Below, in pieces: positions 24,140-38,183 of a stretch of 64,000 nt of DNA. Position numbers and translations under genes: made by a program. This stretch comes from Octopus vulgaris (taxonomy: Eukaryota): contig OX597814.1 in assembly GCA_951406725.2 (NCBI GenBank), forward strand, positions 37,820,001-37,884,000. The letters run 5' to 3'. How positions within the stretch are numbered: position 1 is the stretch's first letter; every line of letters starts with the position of its first letter. The notes under the pieces were generated by a model that was given only the letters and a program-made list of their open reading frames with translations, had not been told where the DNA came from and made no database searches.

Positions 24140-27100
24140 TTATTGTTTGACAATCTCGATTGACACTCTTACTAGAAATGATGGCTCAATAAAAATAGCT
24201 GTTGGTGGCTAACATTAAAACACAATAATAAATGTTGAGTGAAAATGTCTAATACAGTGTTAATGAGGCTAGAACCAAAAGTGAATGCCTTTCGTCGGGC
24301 AGGTGCCCTGTGGGTTAGCAGAGCAGGCCCGATCTTCATCCAGAAATTGTTTGTACTCTAAGCCAGCGGCAGAGAGGAACATGGGACAAGGAGGCAAACC
24401 GAACGGTAATTGGATGCTGGATCGTCAATGAAACCAGCAGAAACGGATTCCAACAACGAATTGAAAACAAAATGGAATGAAAGGGGATGATTCGAAATAA
24501 GGTAGCAACGGTTAACTGACCAAGCAAGAGCAATAAAAAAAGGGTGGATAACTGACGTGGAAATTAAAGAGATCAAAAAGGGAGTAGAAATTTGAAATAA
24601 TTCTTCACCAATAGGAAACGTGCCCAGTAAAAACAGAGAAGTAAATGGCGGCAGCGAAGAGGTAGAGCTTAGTGTAAATCTAAATGCATTCTCAGCAAAT
24701 GAAGCAAGAATACTATGATGGTAAAAAAGACGTAGTGAGGACGTTGTGCCGATATATTAGAGAAGACCAGGATGAAGCCCCCACCACAATCTGTGATATT
24801 TATTAACGCCAGCTCAAATTTGAAACCGAAAAGGTAGATTCAGCTCTTAGGCTATACCACACGAGAAGTATAACTGCAACTAACAAGATTATTTGGGCTG
24901 CAGGAATGGTTGTTGTAGATAGAGTTGGATTCAAAAGAAGAGAACAAACAAAAAGTAAAGAATCATACTGGCATAGACGCATTTTTGAGAAACAAATTTA
25001 AAAAGACATTTAGGCCAAGTTGATAGATTGAGAAGAGGGGAACTACAGAAGGAAAGCATAAGAATAATGGTGGAAATAACATATAGAATAAGAGTTAAGG
25101 GGCATGATGTGATATTGGAAGAATTGAATCAAAGAGTAGCAGCAATCAAAGCAAAACTGGAAAGATATGACAATAGGACAAAGCAATTCAGGCAAAGCAG
25201 ATTGTTTGAAGCAAATCAGAAGAATCAGTTTCAGGAATGAGCAATTACACGTAACAATGATACCAGATCCAGATAAATGCAGAACGCTCTGGGGAGGGCT
25301 CTGGGACAAACCTGTAGTGCATAATGATGAAGCAGAGTGGATACATATAATCCAAGTTAGGTTAAGTAATATAGAAGGTCAAGAAGACTGTGAAATAACT
25401 ACAGAAATGATAAAAAAGCAGTTAAGTATATTCCTAAATTGGCTGAAAAAGATGAGATATCTCCATGAAAGGATAGTGCAACAGCTTGATGGGTGCTTGT
25501 AGGAAGGTGCAGTACCCAGTTGGATAACAGATGTAAAGACAGTCTTTTGTGCTAAGGATGCTGAAAAGGAAAATTATGCATCCAACTTTAGACCAATAGC
25601 ATACCTTCCCTAATGTGAAAACTAATGCCAGGTGCTTTGGCCAGTGAACTGTATAGATACTTGAAAAAAGGTGGGCTGATACCTATTGAAAAGAAAGGGG
25701 GCAAAAAAAACAAACGAGGAACGAAGGATCAGCTCTTCATTCATCTAATTATCAGGAACTGCAAGAGAAGACACACAAAACTGAGCAAGGCATCTGTTTA
25801 TTATCGTAAAGTACAAGATACGATACCACACTCCTGGATAATAAGAACGAGGGAATGTATGAAGTAGCAGAAAATATGAGAAGTCTTATATGGAATAGCA
25901 TGAACTGCTGGAGAACTGAATTATCAGCAGGAATTCATGTATTAGGAGAGGTGAAAATTAAGATAGGAATCTTTCAGGGGCCAGTGTGTCTTATATGATA
26001 TTTCGTGTTGGAAGTGATCCGCTTGAATGAAACACAACAGAAACAAAGTTGGGGTATGATCTGGGAAGAGATAAGGGAAAACAGAACCACTTGCTATTTA
26101 TGGACGAATTGAAGTTATTCAAAAACAATGAGGCAGAACTGAACAGCATAGCCAAGTCTGTGCGGATTTTCGCCAATGATATTAAGATGGAGTTTGGACT
26201 CTCAAAATGTGCCGTGATGGTTATGAGACAAAGGAGGTTTGTCAGGATAAAAGGTCTATGGTTGCCAAGTGGTGAAATGAAGGCAATTGACAGAAGGTGT
26301 ATTGTTGCCAAGTGGTGAAATGATGAAGGCAATTCAACCTCAACCTACCCATAAATTCCTGCGAATACATGAGTCAGATGGAATCTGACACATCGATATG
26401 AAGGGGAAAAGAAGAAAACGAGAGAACCTGCGGCAAGTGAGAAAAATATTGGGTTCAAAGCTGAATGCTAGAAACATAGGGTCGGCAATAAACTCGTGCT
26501 CAGTCGCAGTAGTTCGATATGACACTGAAATCCTTAAGTAGACAAAGGAGGAGCTAAAGCACATAAAGAGGAAGTCAAGAAAACTCATAATGATGTATGG
26601 AATCCATCATCCACGTGCAAACACTGATCGCCTATACATGAACAGAGTAAATGGAGGAAGAGGACTGATGCGTGTGGAAGACTGCGTGCGTATTGAACTC
26701 ACTAGCTAATGAGATACCTAGCCAAAAGTAAGGAAACCTTGCTAGTATGAGTTAGGAGCGAGGGACATTGGGTGCAAAGGAAAAAAGAAAAAAAGAAACC
26801 GATATACAAAAAGGACAGGAAGAAGTATTGCACGTCATGGGACTACAATATCATTTCCATGTAGTCACAGCAGAATTTGCAGGAAAATATAGGTCGGATT
26901 GACTGGAAAAGGGACATTAAAAATTGAGACTGAGAGCACAATACCAGCCGCACAAGGCCAAATATTTGCCATGAACTGGAGTATCAACCTCTGCAATGAG
27001 TGTGTCCGCTGTGCCGCATCTGTAATAGAGTCGATGAAACCATTGCCCTTATCACAAATGAATACTTTAAACTTGCCCAAAACTACTACAAGATGTAGCG

Positions 27101-27640
27101 ACACTATCAGGTAGCGAAAGCGCTACATTGAAAACGGAGAAAAGTGGGGGCTAGGGAGAAGCAAGACGTGATATGGAGCCAAAACCATAAAATATGTCGG
27201 AGTCGGAGAGTAGCAAAATCTTCTGCGATTTCCCAATCCTATCAGACCAGGTGCTAGAGCATAACTGACCGGACCTAGCGGTGTTGGGAAATATGCACTC
27301 AATGCTCCTTCGCTCCTAAATGTGCTCAATAGTCGATCTTGCATACCTCTTTGACCCACGAATAGTCAAGCAGAGGTCGAAAACATGCAACGTTCTCAAG
27401 TACAGAATAGCTCGGCTATGGAAAATTAAGAAGGTGAAGATAGTGCCACCTCTTGTTGGATCCTTGAGAAAAGTAATAGGAACCATCAAGAGGAATATCA
27501 AGGAAATTGCAATAGAGTGCCCAGTAGAACTGTTACAAATGTTTTGCCTCTTGGCACGGCCAGAATAATCAGGTAAGTGATAGCTGTAAAGAAGGGATAA
27601 CATGTTACCGTAGGCTCCAGGACTTCCAACAAAGCCTGTG
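24140..27640 (+). mobile_element. R4/Dong-clade LINE, near full length, pseudogenised
   Basis: LEELNQRVAAIKAKLERYDNRTKQFRQSRLF; IPIEKKGGKKNKRGTKDQL; NHLLFMDELKLF..FANDIKMEFGLSKC; DRLYMNRVNGGRGL; AAQGQ; IVDLAYLFD..KY..IARLW..VKIVPP.VGSL; bounded by (AAT)n and (ATG)n. Confidence 0.92.
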
Positions 27641-27789
27641 AATCATGATGATGATCATTATGAAGACAACGGCAACGACGACGACAACGATGATGATGAT
27701 TAAAATGGGCTCACTCGTCGAAGACGACGGATCAATGTCTAGATTTTTCGCCGAATGACTTGCACGAATGATTTCTTCATAGTGATGAA

Positions 27790-27945
27790 ATGATGCGCTG
27801 CTATCATAGTGCATTCCTCCTTGGAACTGTGAGAATCGCAAGGAAATTATCAGATATTTGAAGGGGGCAAATAGCATGTTACTGTGTGGTTAGGCTGAAA
27901 GATCATTACTCGTGTAAGTTTCCAGGAGTTAACAGAATGATAATT
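27790..27945 (+). mobile_element. R4/Dong-like 3' terminal fragment
   Basis: AFLLGTVRIARKLSDI* C-terminal motif followed by a short UTR and an (AAT)-like tail. Confidence 0.5.
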
Positions 27946-28607
27946 ATGATAATGATAATATTGCTAACAATATTTCCCCTGCAGTATAATGTAACGTGAA
28001 GGCAAAATTTATCCCAGAGGAATGTCGAGAATGTTAATACATCGTTTGACATTTTATTATTTTCTTTTGTAATGGTATTACTTCTTGTTAATATTAATAA
28101 TTATTGACTAATCCCTACCTGAACTTACACTCAGACACCATCGACTAAACTTTGATGCGAAATTTGCCATTCAAATTTCACTAGAATTAGGGATTGTGAT
28201 ATACACTATACTGAATCATTGATTTAAACGGAAATATTTAACCAGACAACTATATTGCACAGTCGTTGCAAATACAATAGCTATATAGTCTTGCTCAATC
28301 TGACATGTATTTACTTCCATTAAGACATTGCCTACATATCTGCATGAAAGCAAATAATAAGTGTATAAATAGCACCGTATTAGTATGAAGGACATTTGAT
28401 AATATGTTAATGTCTGTTCCAGGATTTTTAATCTAGTTGGTGATATGTAGGTGTTTTTCATTTCACCGCCTGAGGAAACGAACCGAACCGTCAAACAGGA
28501 AAACCAACAGACAAACATTGATGTGCCTGTAACATCTTGCATTAAATAACATCGGAAATCTCTCGGCAATCGAGTCATTTAAAGGGAAATAAAAAATGCT
28601 TTACACG

Positions 28608-28623
28608 TATCTATCTATCTATA

Positions 28624-28687
<64 letters not shown>

Positions 28688-28746
28688 AATCTGTCTCTCT
28701 GTATGTCTATCTATCTATCTATATATTTATCTCTCTCTCTCTCTCT

Positions 28747-28795
<49 letters not shown>
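28608..28795. repeat. (TATC)n/(TC)n/(TA)n compound microsatellite
   Basis: direct sequence. Confidence 0.95.
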
Positions 28796-28798
<3 letters not shown>

Positions 28799-28799
28799 T

Positions 28800-28975
28800 T
28801 ATCACGGCAGGAGGGGCAGATGAGGGCAGCTGCATCGAACTTTCTCATGCACCAAATAGCAGTTGCTAGAAAGCCTTCATAAAGTGAAACCAAGTAGCAA
28901 CACCAAATGGCGGTGCCCCAGCATGGCCACAGCTCATGAGCTGAAACTGGAAAAATCAAAATCAAAATCAAAAGG
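28800..28975 (+). mobile_element. CR1/L2-group LINE extreme 3' end with (AAAATC)n tail
   Basis: QEGQMRAAASNFLMHQ, then ggcggtgccccagcatggccacagctc..gctgaaac and aaaatcaaaatcaaaatc. Confidence 0.65.
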
Positions 28976-30716
28976 ATAATATAGATATTTAAATATCGAT
29001 CTTATCAAGCGGCCAGCATGGGAATAAATGCCATACAAAGGTAATAACTATTTAAAACTATAAATTAGGGTATCTCAATTTATAGTTTTATTTGCATCAA
29101 TATAAATAGAAGATTTGTCTTAAGAAAGTGAAAGCAAATAAATTTCTTTCGCAAATTAACTGCAATTTTGCTGTTGATACATCTTATTCAATTGTATATA
29201 TTATGCAATAAAGTTTTCTACCCTAATTATATTTTCCTCCTATATATCACGAAATGATTGACCAAATATTTAAATGATTTAGCACCATTATTCGATGTGT
29301 TTATGCAAGAACAATATATAGCTAGTATATACTTTAGGTCTACATTAATGTAACAGATACGTTTCTCTCCATTCATGAGAATCGCGAGAGTGACCATGTA
29401 TATAGACTTTTTACTGGGAACTTGTATAAGAAAAAATATGTACATATTGTATTTCGCAAATGTTCACTCCAATGAGAGGTTAATGAGATAGAAAAGTACC
29501 AGCCAACAACGATTATACATCCAAATATTCAATACTACACAAAGAAATGTGATGCAATACGCAGGCTAGACACAGCACATTAAAAACAAATACATGCACC
29601 AAGAGTATTGCATTAAATATAATCTTGCTATTGAATAGATGAACTCATCAAAGTATTCATCAAAGAGAACTCAAAATATATTATACTCACGCATTGTTAA
29701 TACATTAGAAAAATATTAACAAATCACATGTCTGTAATCACCTGACTGAACTTCAGATGTCTAAAGCAATTTATAAATTCCGATGGAATGATGAAAGCTG
29801 TAAAATTCATGATTTTATCTTTCATATTCAGCATTAAAAGCATCATACATTTCCATTGGTTAATCGCTAAAATACAATGTTATACACAGGGTTTTATTAT
29901 ATTATATATCATAAAGCAGAACTAGAACAAACAGTTGAAAACAAACACCCACACATTCGTATGTGTGTGATTGAGTATGTAACTGTGTGTTTGTCATTTA
30001 TTGTGTGAACATCTGAAAACCGATAACGAAATACAGTAAAATAATACGAAAACAAACTACAACAGGGAGCAAAATTTACAGAAAACTGAGAAACAAACGC
30101 CAGGCAACACAACCAGGACAATGTATTTCGTGATAGACGTTGAATATATGCTGTCAAAGTACGAAAGAATTAGATATTACAAACGACGACAGATTAATAC
30201 AGAGATTATTTTTTCTTTTATACTTCCTACATATAAATGAACAATATAACGACCATAGCAAAATATAGTGGGATTGTAAAATAGCTCAGCAATTTAATAG
30301 TTTCAAGGAAGTAAATCATTTATTTAGAATGTCTAACTTTACAAAGGAAAACTATATCGATAATATTCATGATTATACGATAATATCATTATCATAACAA
30401 GCAAAAGACCATCGTATGTATATGTTTGAGCGGTCATATACGCGAGACATGGAACAAAGCACTTAATTGATCAGTGCATGCTGTGTAACACATAACACAT
30501 AAATCTAAAGCCTGCATAAACAAGCAAGTACATCATTTATGAATTTATATATGCATATGTAAATGTGTTAATTTACTTGTGTATGTATGGATGTATATTT
30601 GAATGTACGTCGTAATTGTCGGCAAAAATAAGCCACTATAGGTGAAACTCTGTGACTGACTAGACCAATCTAAGATATAAGCATGCATACATACATACAT
30701 ACATACACACACATAT

Positions 30717-30798
<82 letters not shown>

Positions 30799-31198
30799 GT
30801 GCTCCAGCATGCATGGGCAGTGTCTTGGGGCAGAAAGATGTAAAATAATATACATGTACATTTTTTTGTGCTAAGCTCAGGAGTGCAGTAAGAATCTCGA
30901 GTCAAATATAACAAACTTCTCTCGATTGTTCTTACAGTATCCTCGTAAGTGTATTATAGACAACCTTCGTTGTATAGGCATAAAGTCGAATAATTTCTAG
31001 TAATGAAGTGATGTAGTGATGTTTTGAAATCACGTAGTATGTACGTTTCAGTCTTATGTAATAAATATTCGAATATATGTGTTAATGTTATATATACATA
31101 TATGTATATGCATACATATACATATATGTATATATATATATATATAAATATATATATGTATATATATATAAATATATACATATATGTATATATATATA

Positions 31199-31238
<40 letters not shown>

Positions 31239-31241
<3 letters not shown>

Positions 31242-31435
31242 ATAATCCAAACAAGAAAGCACAAAAAAAACACAACAACGCAAGGACGTGGAACAAATAT
31301 AGTATTATTGGACGCTCAGGAAAGAAGGAAAGAAGGAGGGTTTAACGTTTCGAGCGGAGCTCTTTGTCGGAAACAAAGGAGAGCGAAAGATCCAGAGAAG
31401 GGAAAACAGAGGAAAAGAAAATCGCCGGTCATGAT
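31239..31435 (-). mobile_element. short Penelope-pLTR-like repeat with hammerhead-like fold, 3' end in (TA)n
   Basis: Minus strand gttt-ccgacaa-a-gagc-tcc-gctc-gaaa-cgtt-aaac; same overall layout as 21352 and 41358. Confidence 0.6.
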
Positions 31436-31439
31436 TGAC

Positions 31440-31747
31440 CATGGGACTGCACCTAGAAAGTTACCCTCCCAGGCATAAGTTCGGGAAGAGTTTATGGAAG
31501 ACCAGCAGGCGCCCATGCATACCAGCCTCCCCTCTCCACGCCACCACTGTTATCCAAAAGAAAGGCAAAAGTTGATACGGCTTGGCACCAGTGACATCGC
31601 AACTCATTTCTACAGCTGAGTAAACTTGAGCAACGTGAAATAAAATGTCTTGCTCAAGAACACAACACAAAACCCGGCCCGGGATTCCAACTCATAAACT
31701 CACGATCGTAAGGTCGACGCTCTAACCACTGAGCAATGCTCCTTCAC
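31440..31747 (-). mobile_element. tRNA-derived CORE-type SINE
   Basis: Minus strand head ..gctcagtggttagagcgtcgacc..gagttggaatcccgg (A/B boxes), then CORE-like gtgttcttgagcaagacattttatttcac..ctcagctgtagaaatg. Confidence 0.85.
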
Positions 31748-31873
31748 TCCGGAGTCATTCTTGTTACTTATTTGATTATAATCACCCCACGGATTTTTAT
31801 GGCTAACACCATGCAAAATTCTGGTGCATCTAAATTAAGTACCATATTCATTTGAATCTAAAATTTTGCTCTA

Positions 31874-31931
<58 letters not shown>

Positions 31932-32129
31932 GATACATACATGTATATGTATATGTATGTATGTAGCTGTATATATGACACTGATTTCAATATCAACACA
32001 ACTGAAATTTCCGCATCATAGACCCATAACAAAAAAACTAGAAACTTCTCCAATTACATGCTCTTAGGGAGACGTATGAATGAAAATCTAGAAATAATAA
32101 AAGGAATTATGTCAATGATAATCTTGTTC

Positions 32130-32285
32130 TGTATTTAAGATATGAGGAATTATGTATATTATTTACATTATTTACATTTAATGGATATTTGTCCTCATTT
32201 TTGTTGTTAACACAATTTTTCGGCTGAGATACCCTCCAGCCTTCATCAGCTGTTTTGGGAAAATTTCGAAACTGGGTTCTTGTTC
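32130..32285 (-). mobile_element. hammerhead-bearing short repeat (copy 1), preceded on its strand by (GAA)n
   Basis: Minus strand agaacccagtttcgaaattttcccaaaacag-ctgatga-a-ggctg-gagggtatct-cagcc-gaaa-aatt-gtgtt..gacaaatatcc..aaatgtaaataatgtaaata; paralogous to 32685-32830. Confidence 0.7.
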
Positions 32286-32373
32286 TTCTTTTTCTTCTTT
32301 TTCTTCTTCTATTCTTCTTCTTCTTCTTCTTCTTCTTCTTCTTCTTCTTCTTCTTCTTCTTCTTCTTCTTCTT

Positions 32374-32403
<30 letters not shown>
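32283..32403. repeat. (TTC)n
   Basis: direct sequence. Confidence 0.95.
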
Positions 32404-32830
<427 letters not shown>

Positions 32831-33927
32831 ATCTTTACTTACGTCTGCCTTCAATTATAATATTTTTTATTGATAACTTTTTACAATATTTAATTTCTTC
32901 AACTCATTGATTTATTCATGTTTTGCAATATTACAGTTCTCAGCAAATAAACTTCTTCGTCAGTTTTCAGGATTTTACACGAACTGAAAGTTTCAGTTTA
33001 CCTCCATTGTATACAGCACTCATTCTCATATTTGCTTCCTTGCTCAGTTTTTTGTTCATATATTGTGTTAATTTTCTACTACTCACATGTGCCTTTCTTA
33101 GTTATCCATTTGTTAAAAATCGCATAATAGGACATCGACGCAACATTTCATATACCTTAATATTACAGCCATTTATATTTCTATACCCATATATAATTAA
33201 TTACACATCATTAGATTTATTAATATTGCATTTGTTGTTAATATTATTCTTAACAGAAGCATTTCTGTTTTAATTATTTATTTTTTTATAATTAATTTCG
33301 CCAAGTTTAGGATACCTGAGTCATTATCATTATCATTCTAATAATTTCTACAATTTTCTCTTTAATTATTTTAGTGACAATATAGAGTAATCTTTTACTT
33401 TTATTTTTAATTAGTGTTTCCAGCTTTTTCTCGGCAATTCTTAATTTAGCAGCACTTAATTACAAGGAAACACAGAGCTATATTATTCTAGCTTTAATTA
33501 CATAGCATTTTATTCTTCATTTATCCACGGTTTCTTACATTCTCTCTTCTTTAGTGCACATATATGATTAGCTGCATATTTACTTATTTAGATATTTATT
33601 TTACATGTCACGATTATCAGGAACACGTTTATAGAGATTGTTTCTTTGAGAACTGGTACAAAAAGTTTACCATGAATAAGTATTCAAAAGTTACATTCAT
33701 TTTTGTATTTATACACAACTTTCTTAGTGAGTGCATTGTGTCTCTTTACAAACCGTAATATTTATACTTCCGATTATGAAATCGCTCATTAGTTTAGAGA
33801 AAAAAGAGATAGTATAGCACACATTGAAACTTGCATATGACTAATTTTTCTTTTCCATGCGATTCTCCATATATATATATATATATATATGTTCGTGTGG
33901 AAATCTGCATTTATACATATATAAATA

Positions 33928-33959
<32 letters not shown>

Positions 33960-35040
33960 TATATATATATATAAATATATACATACATATCTACATACAT
34001 ACATGTATATACATACAAACACATATATATTTATATATGAAATCATAATATATACACAAATATATACACATATAAATGTATAGGTTTCGAGTATGTTTAT
34101 AAAATTACTTTGTTCCTTGTTTCGTTACGTAATCATTAGATGTTTTTTCATATGGTTTAGTAATAAGCAGATTCGGAACTCTGCTAAAGTTACAAGATAC
34201 TTTGTCTTCACAGTGAATAATGATGGGGATGAGATGTTTGAACTGTTACGGTGTTACACACCTTTTAGAAAGTAGGAATTTCCATGCTATATATATATAT
34301 ATATATGCATGCTCGGATGCATGTGTGTGCAGGTGCATGCACGTATATGTGTGTGTGCGTGTGTGCGTCTATTTGTGGTAATGTATTATTGTGTGTGCAT
34401 ATATATATGATAATCCAGGATATGGTTATTTTCTCATAGACACAAAATTCTTCATCTTCCATTGAGTTTTAAACATCCTCATATGTTTCCTTTATTCTCT
34501 AACGCTTACACCGTTTTCTTCTTTTCTCATCGATACATTGACTTACATTCATGGATAGTGTAATGTATATTGTTTGATTATTGGATCTTTTTGTTATTAT
34601 CTAAAAAAAAAAAGAAAATAGAAGTCATCATCGATGCAGATTAATGGGATTCAATTTACTAAAGAATACATGCAATTTTTTGAAATTTAACAGGTACATT
34701 CTAAATTTTGTATCAGATTACACCTTACAGAAAAACGGAATAAAATGCATGATAGATAATTTAGCATCGAAAACTTAATAAACTAATGAATATAAAGATT
34801 CACTTACATAAATATATATAATGTAATTACTAAAATTAAAATATGAATACTCAATTTTTCCAGATTAGTGGAATTACACACTTTTGACAAGATCTAAAAC
34901 TTTCCTGCAGCTACAACTGGAATATCAAAGCAAACAAAATTCAAGATAACCTGGCCAAGAAGCATGAATACATTTATTTTATTTTGTATCACATAAATGT
35001 ATTACATTGCTGTATAAGTTCATGCGCCAGCTTTAGATAA

Positions 35041-35975
35041 CACTGGGGAACAGGATATATTTGTCTGATGTTGGAGACATGTTTTCTACTAATTCTGAAA
35101 TCTATTTTGTTCTATCACGTCTATATTTTATATAAAATCAGACAATGTGTAAAGAAAGATTACCGTACTTACTTTAGTATGAAAGCGGGGGACAAGTCTG
35201 GGCACTCTATATATTGCACAAAACAAGTGTTTAAGCACTGAGACAGTAATTGCTTGGAATAATTAAGCAGGAATTTCCAATTTTGTCTTCTGAGAAAATT
35301 AATGTTGGTGTGTTTGTAGGACCATATATTAGGTGACTATTGCAGGACGAAAAGAAGCATGGAGTGCATTTGATACAGTTGTGTCTGGTTTCCTGGGAAA
35401 AAGAAAGCCATCAAATTATGAGGAATTTCGGAAAACCATATTAACCAGTTTTCGAGCACTGGGATGTAACATGAGTGTAAATGTGCTTTTCTCGAATAGT
35501 CATCTGGACTACTTCCGAAGACATCAGAGGACAATACGTGATGAGCAACGATAAAGATTCCACATAAGTACATGGAGACATGGTATCCAGCAGGTGGAAC
35601 ACCAATATGATGCCGTCTACTGCTGGTCACTGAAAAGAGACTGTCAAGATGCAATTTATTCACGTAAAGCAGCAACGGGAAAATTCATTTCATGAATAGC
35701 TGAAACTCCAGTTTGACAGAAATTTCTATTCTGAGATAAGTAAACATTTTGTGTAATATACTTGTTAAGCAATAAAAAGTACCGTTTGGTTTGTGTTAGT
35801 TTCTTATTTCAGTATTGTATTTAATGGCAAAACTGACAATTTTTGGTAAAAAGAAATTAATTTCTGCTTATCAAAAACACGACGTGATAGAAAATAACCC
35901 AAAACCATCAAATTAGTAAGGATTAATTGTAAAAAGTGAAGCAACTAATTCTTTTCCAAAATACTCCCGATCGTA
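35041..35975 (+). mobile_element. Chapaev3-like (CMC) DNA transposon relic, internally deleted
   Basis: Starts taa|CACTGGGGAAC; remnants KKDYRTYFSMKAG.DKS.A, INVGVFVGP.I, EAWSAFDTVVSGFLGKRK..NY, LGCNMSVNV.F.NSHLDYF, decayed GERFHQ..MERYQGRW..YCW. Confidence 0.7.
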
Positions 35976-36024
35976 ATGGGATCCGACCGGACTATGTGTT
36001 CTTATAAATACACGCATTTTAAGG

Positions 36025-36210
36025 AGTTGAGCTAGCAGAATGATAAGCACACCTAGCGAAATGCTAGCGGCCTTTCGTTCGTCTTTGCGATCTACGTTCG
36101 AATTGAGCCGCGATCATATTTGCCTTCAATACTTTCGGACTCGATAAAATTAGTACCAGTTGAGCACTGGAGTCCATTCACTAAAAATATCTGACCCGAT
36201 TCTAAAATTT
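36025..36210 (+). mobile_element. tRNA-related SINE (diverged)
   Basis: gagctagcagaa..agcac.cc..gcgaaatgc..gttcgaat..tttgccttca..ctttcgg..tcgataaaattagtaccagttgagcactgg; colinear with 51155-51345 and with the reverse of 59995-60085. Confidence 0.7.
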
Positions 36211-38064
36211 GAAAGTTTATATTGATGTATCACATGGAAGAGTAGTTTTAATATCACATGAGGCCTCGAAGGTTCATTAACATGAAAAGAATTGAAATAG
36301 ATTAAGGTTTTGTTTCAGTCACGTGTTGAAATGCACTATCGAAAACCACCTAATGTGTCATAGTTGCTAGCATTATAAGATAAATGGATGCATTTCTGTG
36401 ACGAAATAATTAGCAGTAATCCACGAAAATGATAAAATTTTATTTCAATAAATCGCAATATTATCAACTAAATATTATTGATTTATTTCTGTAGCTGGTC
36501 ATTAGCAACAATATGCTGAGGAGAATAATTCATGACTTTATAGCCCATATTTTTCATATTTATAATAATGAATCGCTTTTAATTGCACAACGGCGTATAC
36601 GACATTTTTTCACTAAAATGATTGCATTCATGAGGGTCTTTATCTAGGTTAATAAACAAAAAATTTTTTTTTTTTTTTCACTGGAGTCACAAATCCGTTA
36701 AAGAGCCGAACATTCTCAAATAAACTGAGATTTAAGTTCGGCATTTATAAAAAATATTTTCTCTCCTTAAGACTGGCAAAATGCACCTTATTTTATTCTA
36801 TATAGTAATTTTGGCATTCTTGAAAATTGTTTATGTATTGAGAAATGTGTAAATGGACTTGTTAGATTACTGCGTGATATCTAGAGAAATCACATTATTT
36901 TTAGTGATACAGCAGTCTCTTGCAGCAATATAACATTTGTTTGCGACTAGGTGATATGTGGTGACGATTCACTCCCAGCCTCTATATTATGAATGGTCAT
37001 GTGAATCACCCCTAACGAAAGCCTGAGCTTCCTTCGACCTCTACATGAAAAAATATTAAGACAAAAATATTTAGATGTACTTTTATTTTAGTAGTTTACT
37101 CTGTTTTATTTTAGTTGTTTACAAATATGTTTATTGAAATTATGAATCATATTCCTTTCGATAATATGAATATGATTACAAAACTTCTCTGTAGACGGTA
37201 TTTTCTATTTCGTCGACACTAATTTTGAAATTACTGGAGTCCGTTGTTTGACTCATAACGACTGGCCGTGTGTAAACATCAATGTGGGTAAAACTACACC
37301 TACATGATCTAAAATCTGGCCCTGTGTCTTGTTTACTTTGAATGCGCAAGCGGAAAATTTAGGGTTCCAAAACATCAAACGAAGACATACCTTTTACTGT
37401 CCTATGCGAATAACGTCTGGATGTTCTGGTACAATAGGTTATGCTGATAAAACTGAGTCATCTGGACTACTTCAGAAGACATCATATTACAATAAGTGAT
37501 GAGCAGCGATAAAGATATCACAAGATATCATAGAGACATGATATCAATCCATCAATTTATTCTTTAAATGTTTACTCCTTAAATTTTTAATATTCAGTTA
37601 TTATAATTATATTATTTTTTTATTTGTATCTTTATTCATTTGTATATGTTAAGGAAGATTATATTGAAGATATAGAGTACCGTGGAGTTATATAAGAGGT
37701 AGAGGTAGCGAAAAAGCTTGAGGAATCCAAAGCTGAAAGATTGGGCGTATATGGACCCGATTAAGAATGGAAACTAGATACCTCGTATCTAATCAATACC
37801 GACGTACTTTGATGAAACGCGTAATCTTATACACGAAAATGCGGGATTCAGAATAGATATAGTTAATATAATATTTAATATTTAGCATTTTTATGGAGTG
37901 GTCGTGTATAAAATCTGTCAGTGTTGATATAGTTGAAGGTAGTTCTGTCTCTAAAACTACTTTTATATATGCGAATTAAACATTGAGATCTTTATTTTAG
38001 TACATCTAATTTGAATGTCTTATTCTTGTGTACTCGGAAGTAATATTTCCTAATAATTATAATA

Positions 38065-38075
38065 TGTGTGTGTAT

Positions 38076-38174
<99 letters not shown>

Positions 38175-38183
38175 TGTGTGTGT
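38065..38183. repeat. (GT)n
   Basis: direct sequence. Confidence 0.95.
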
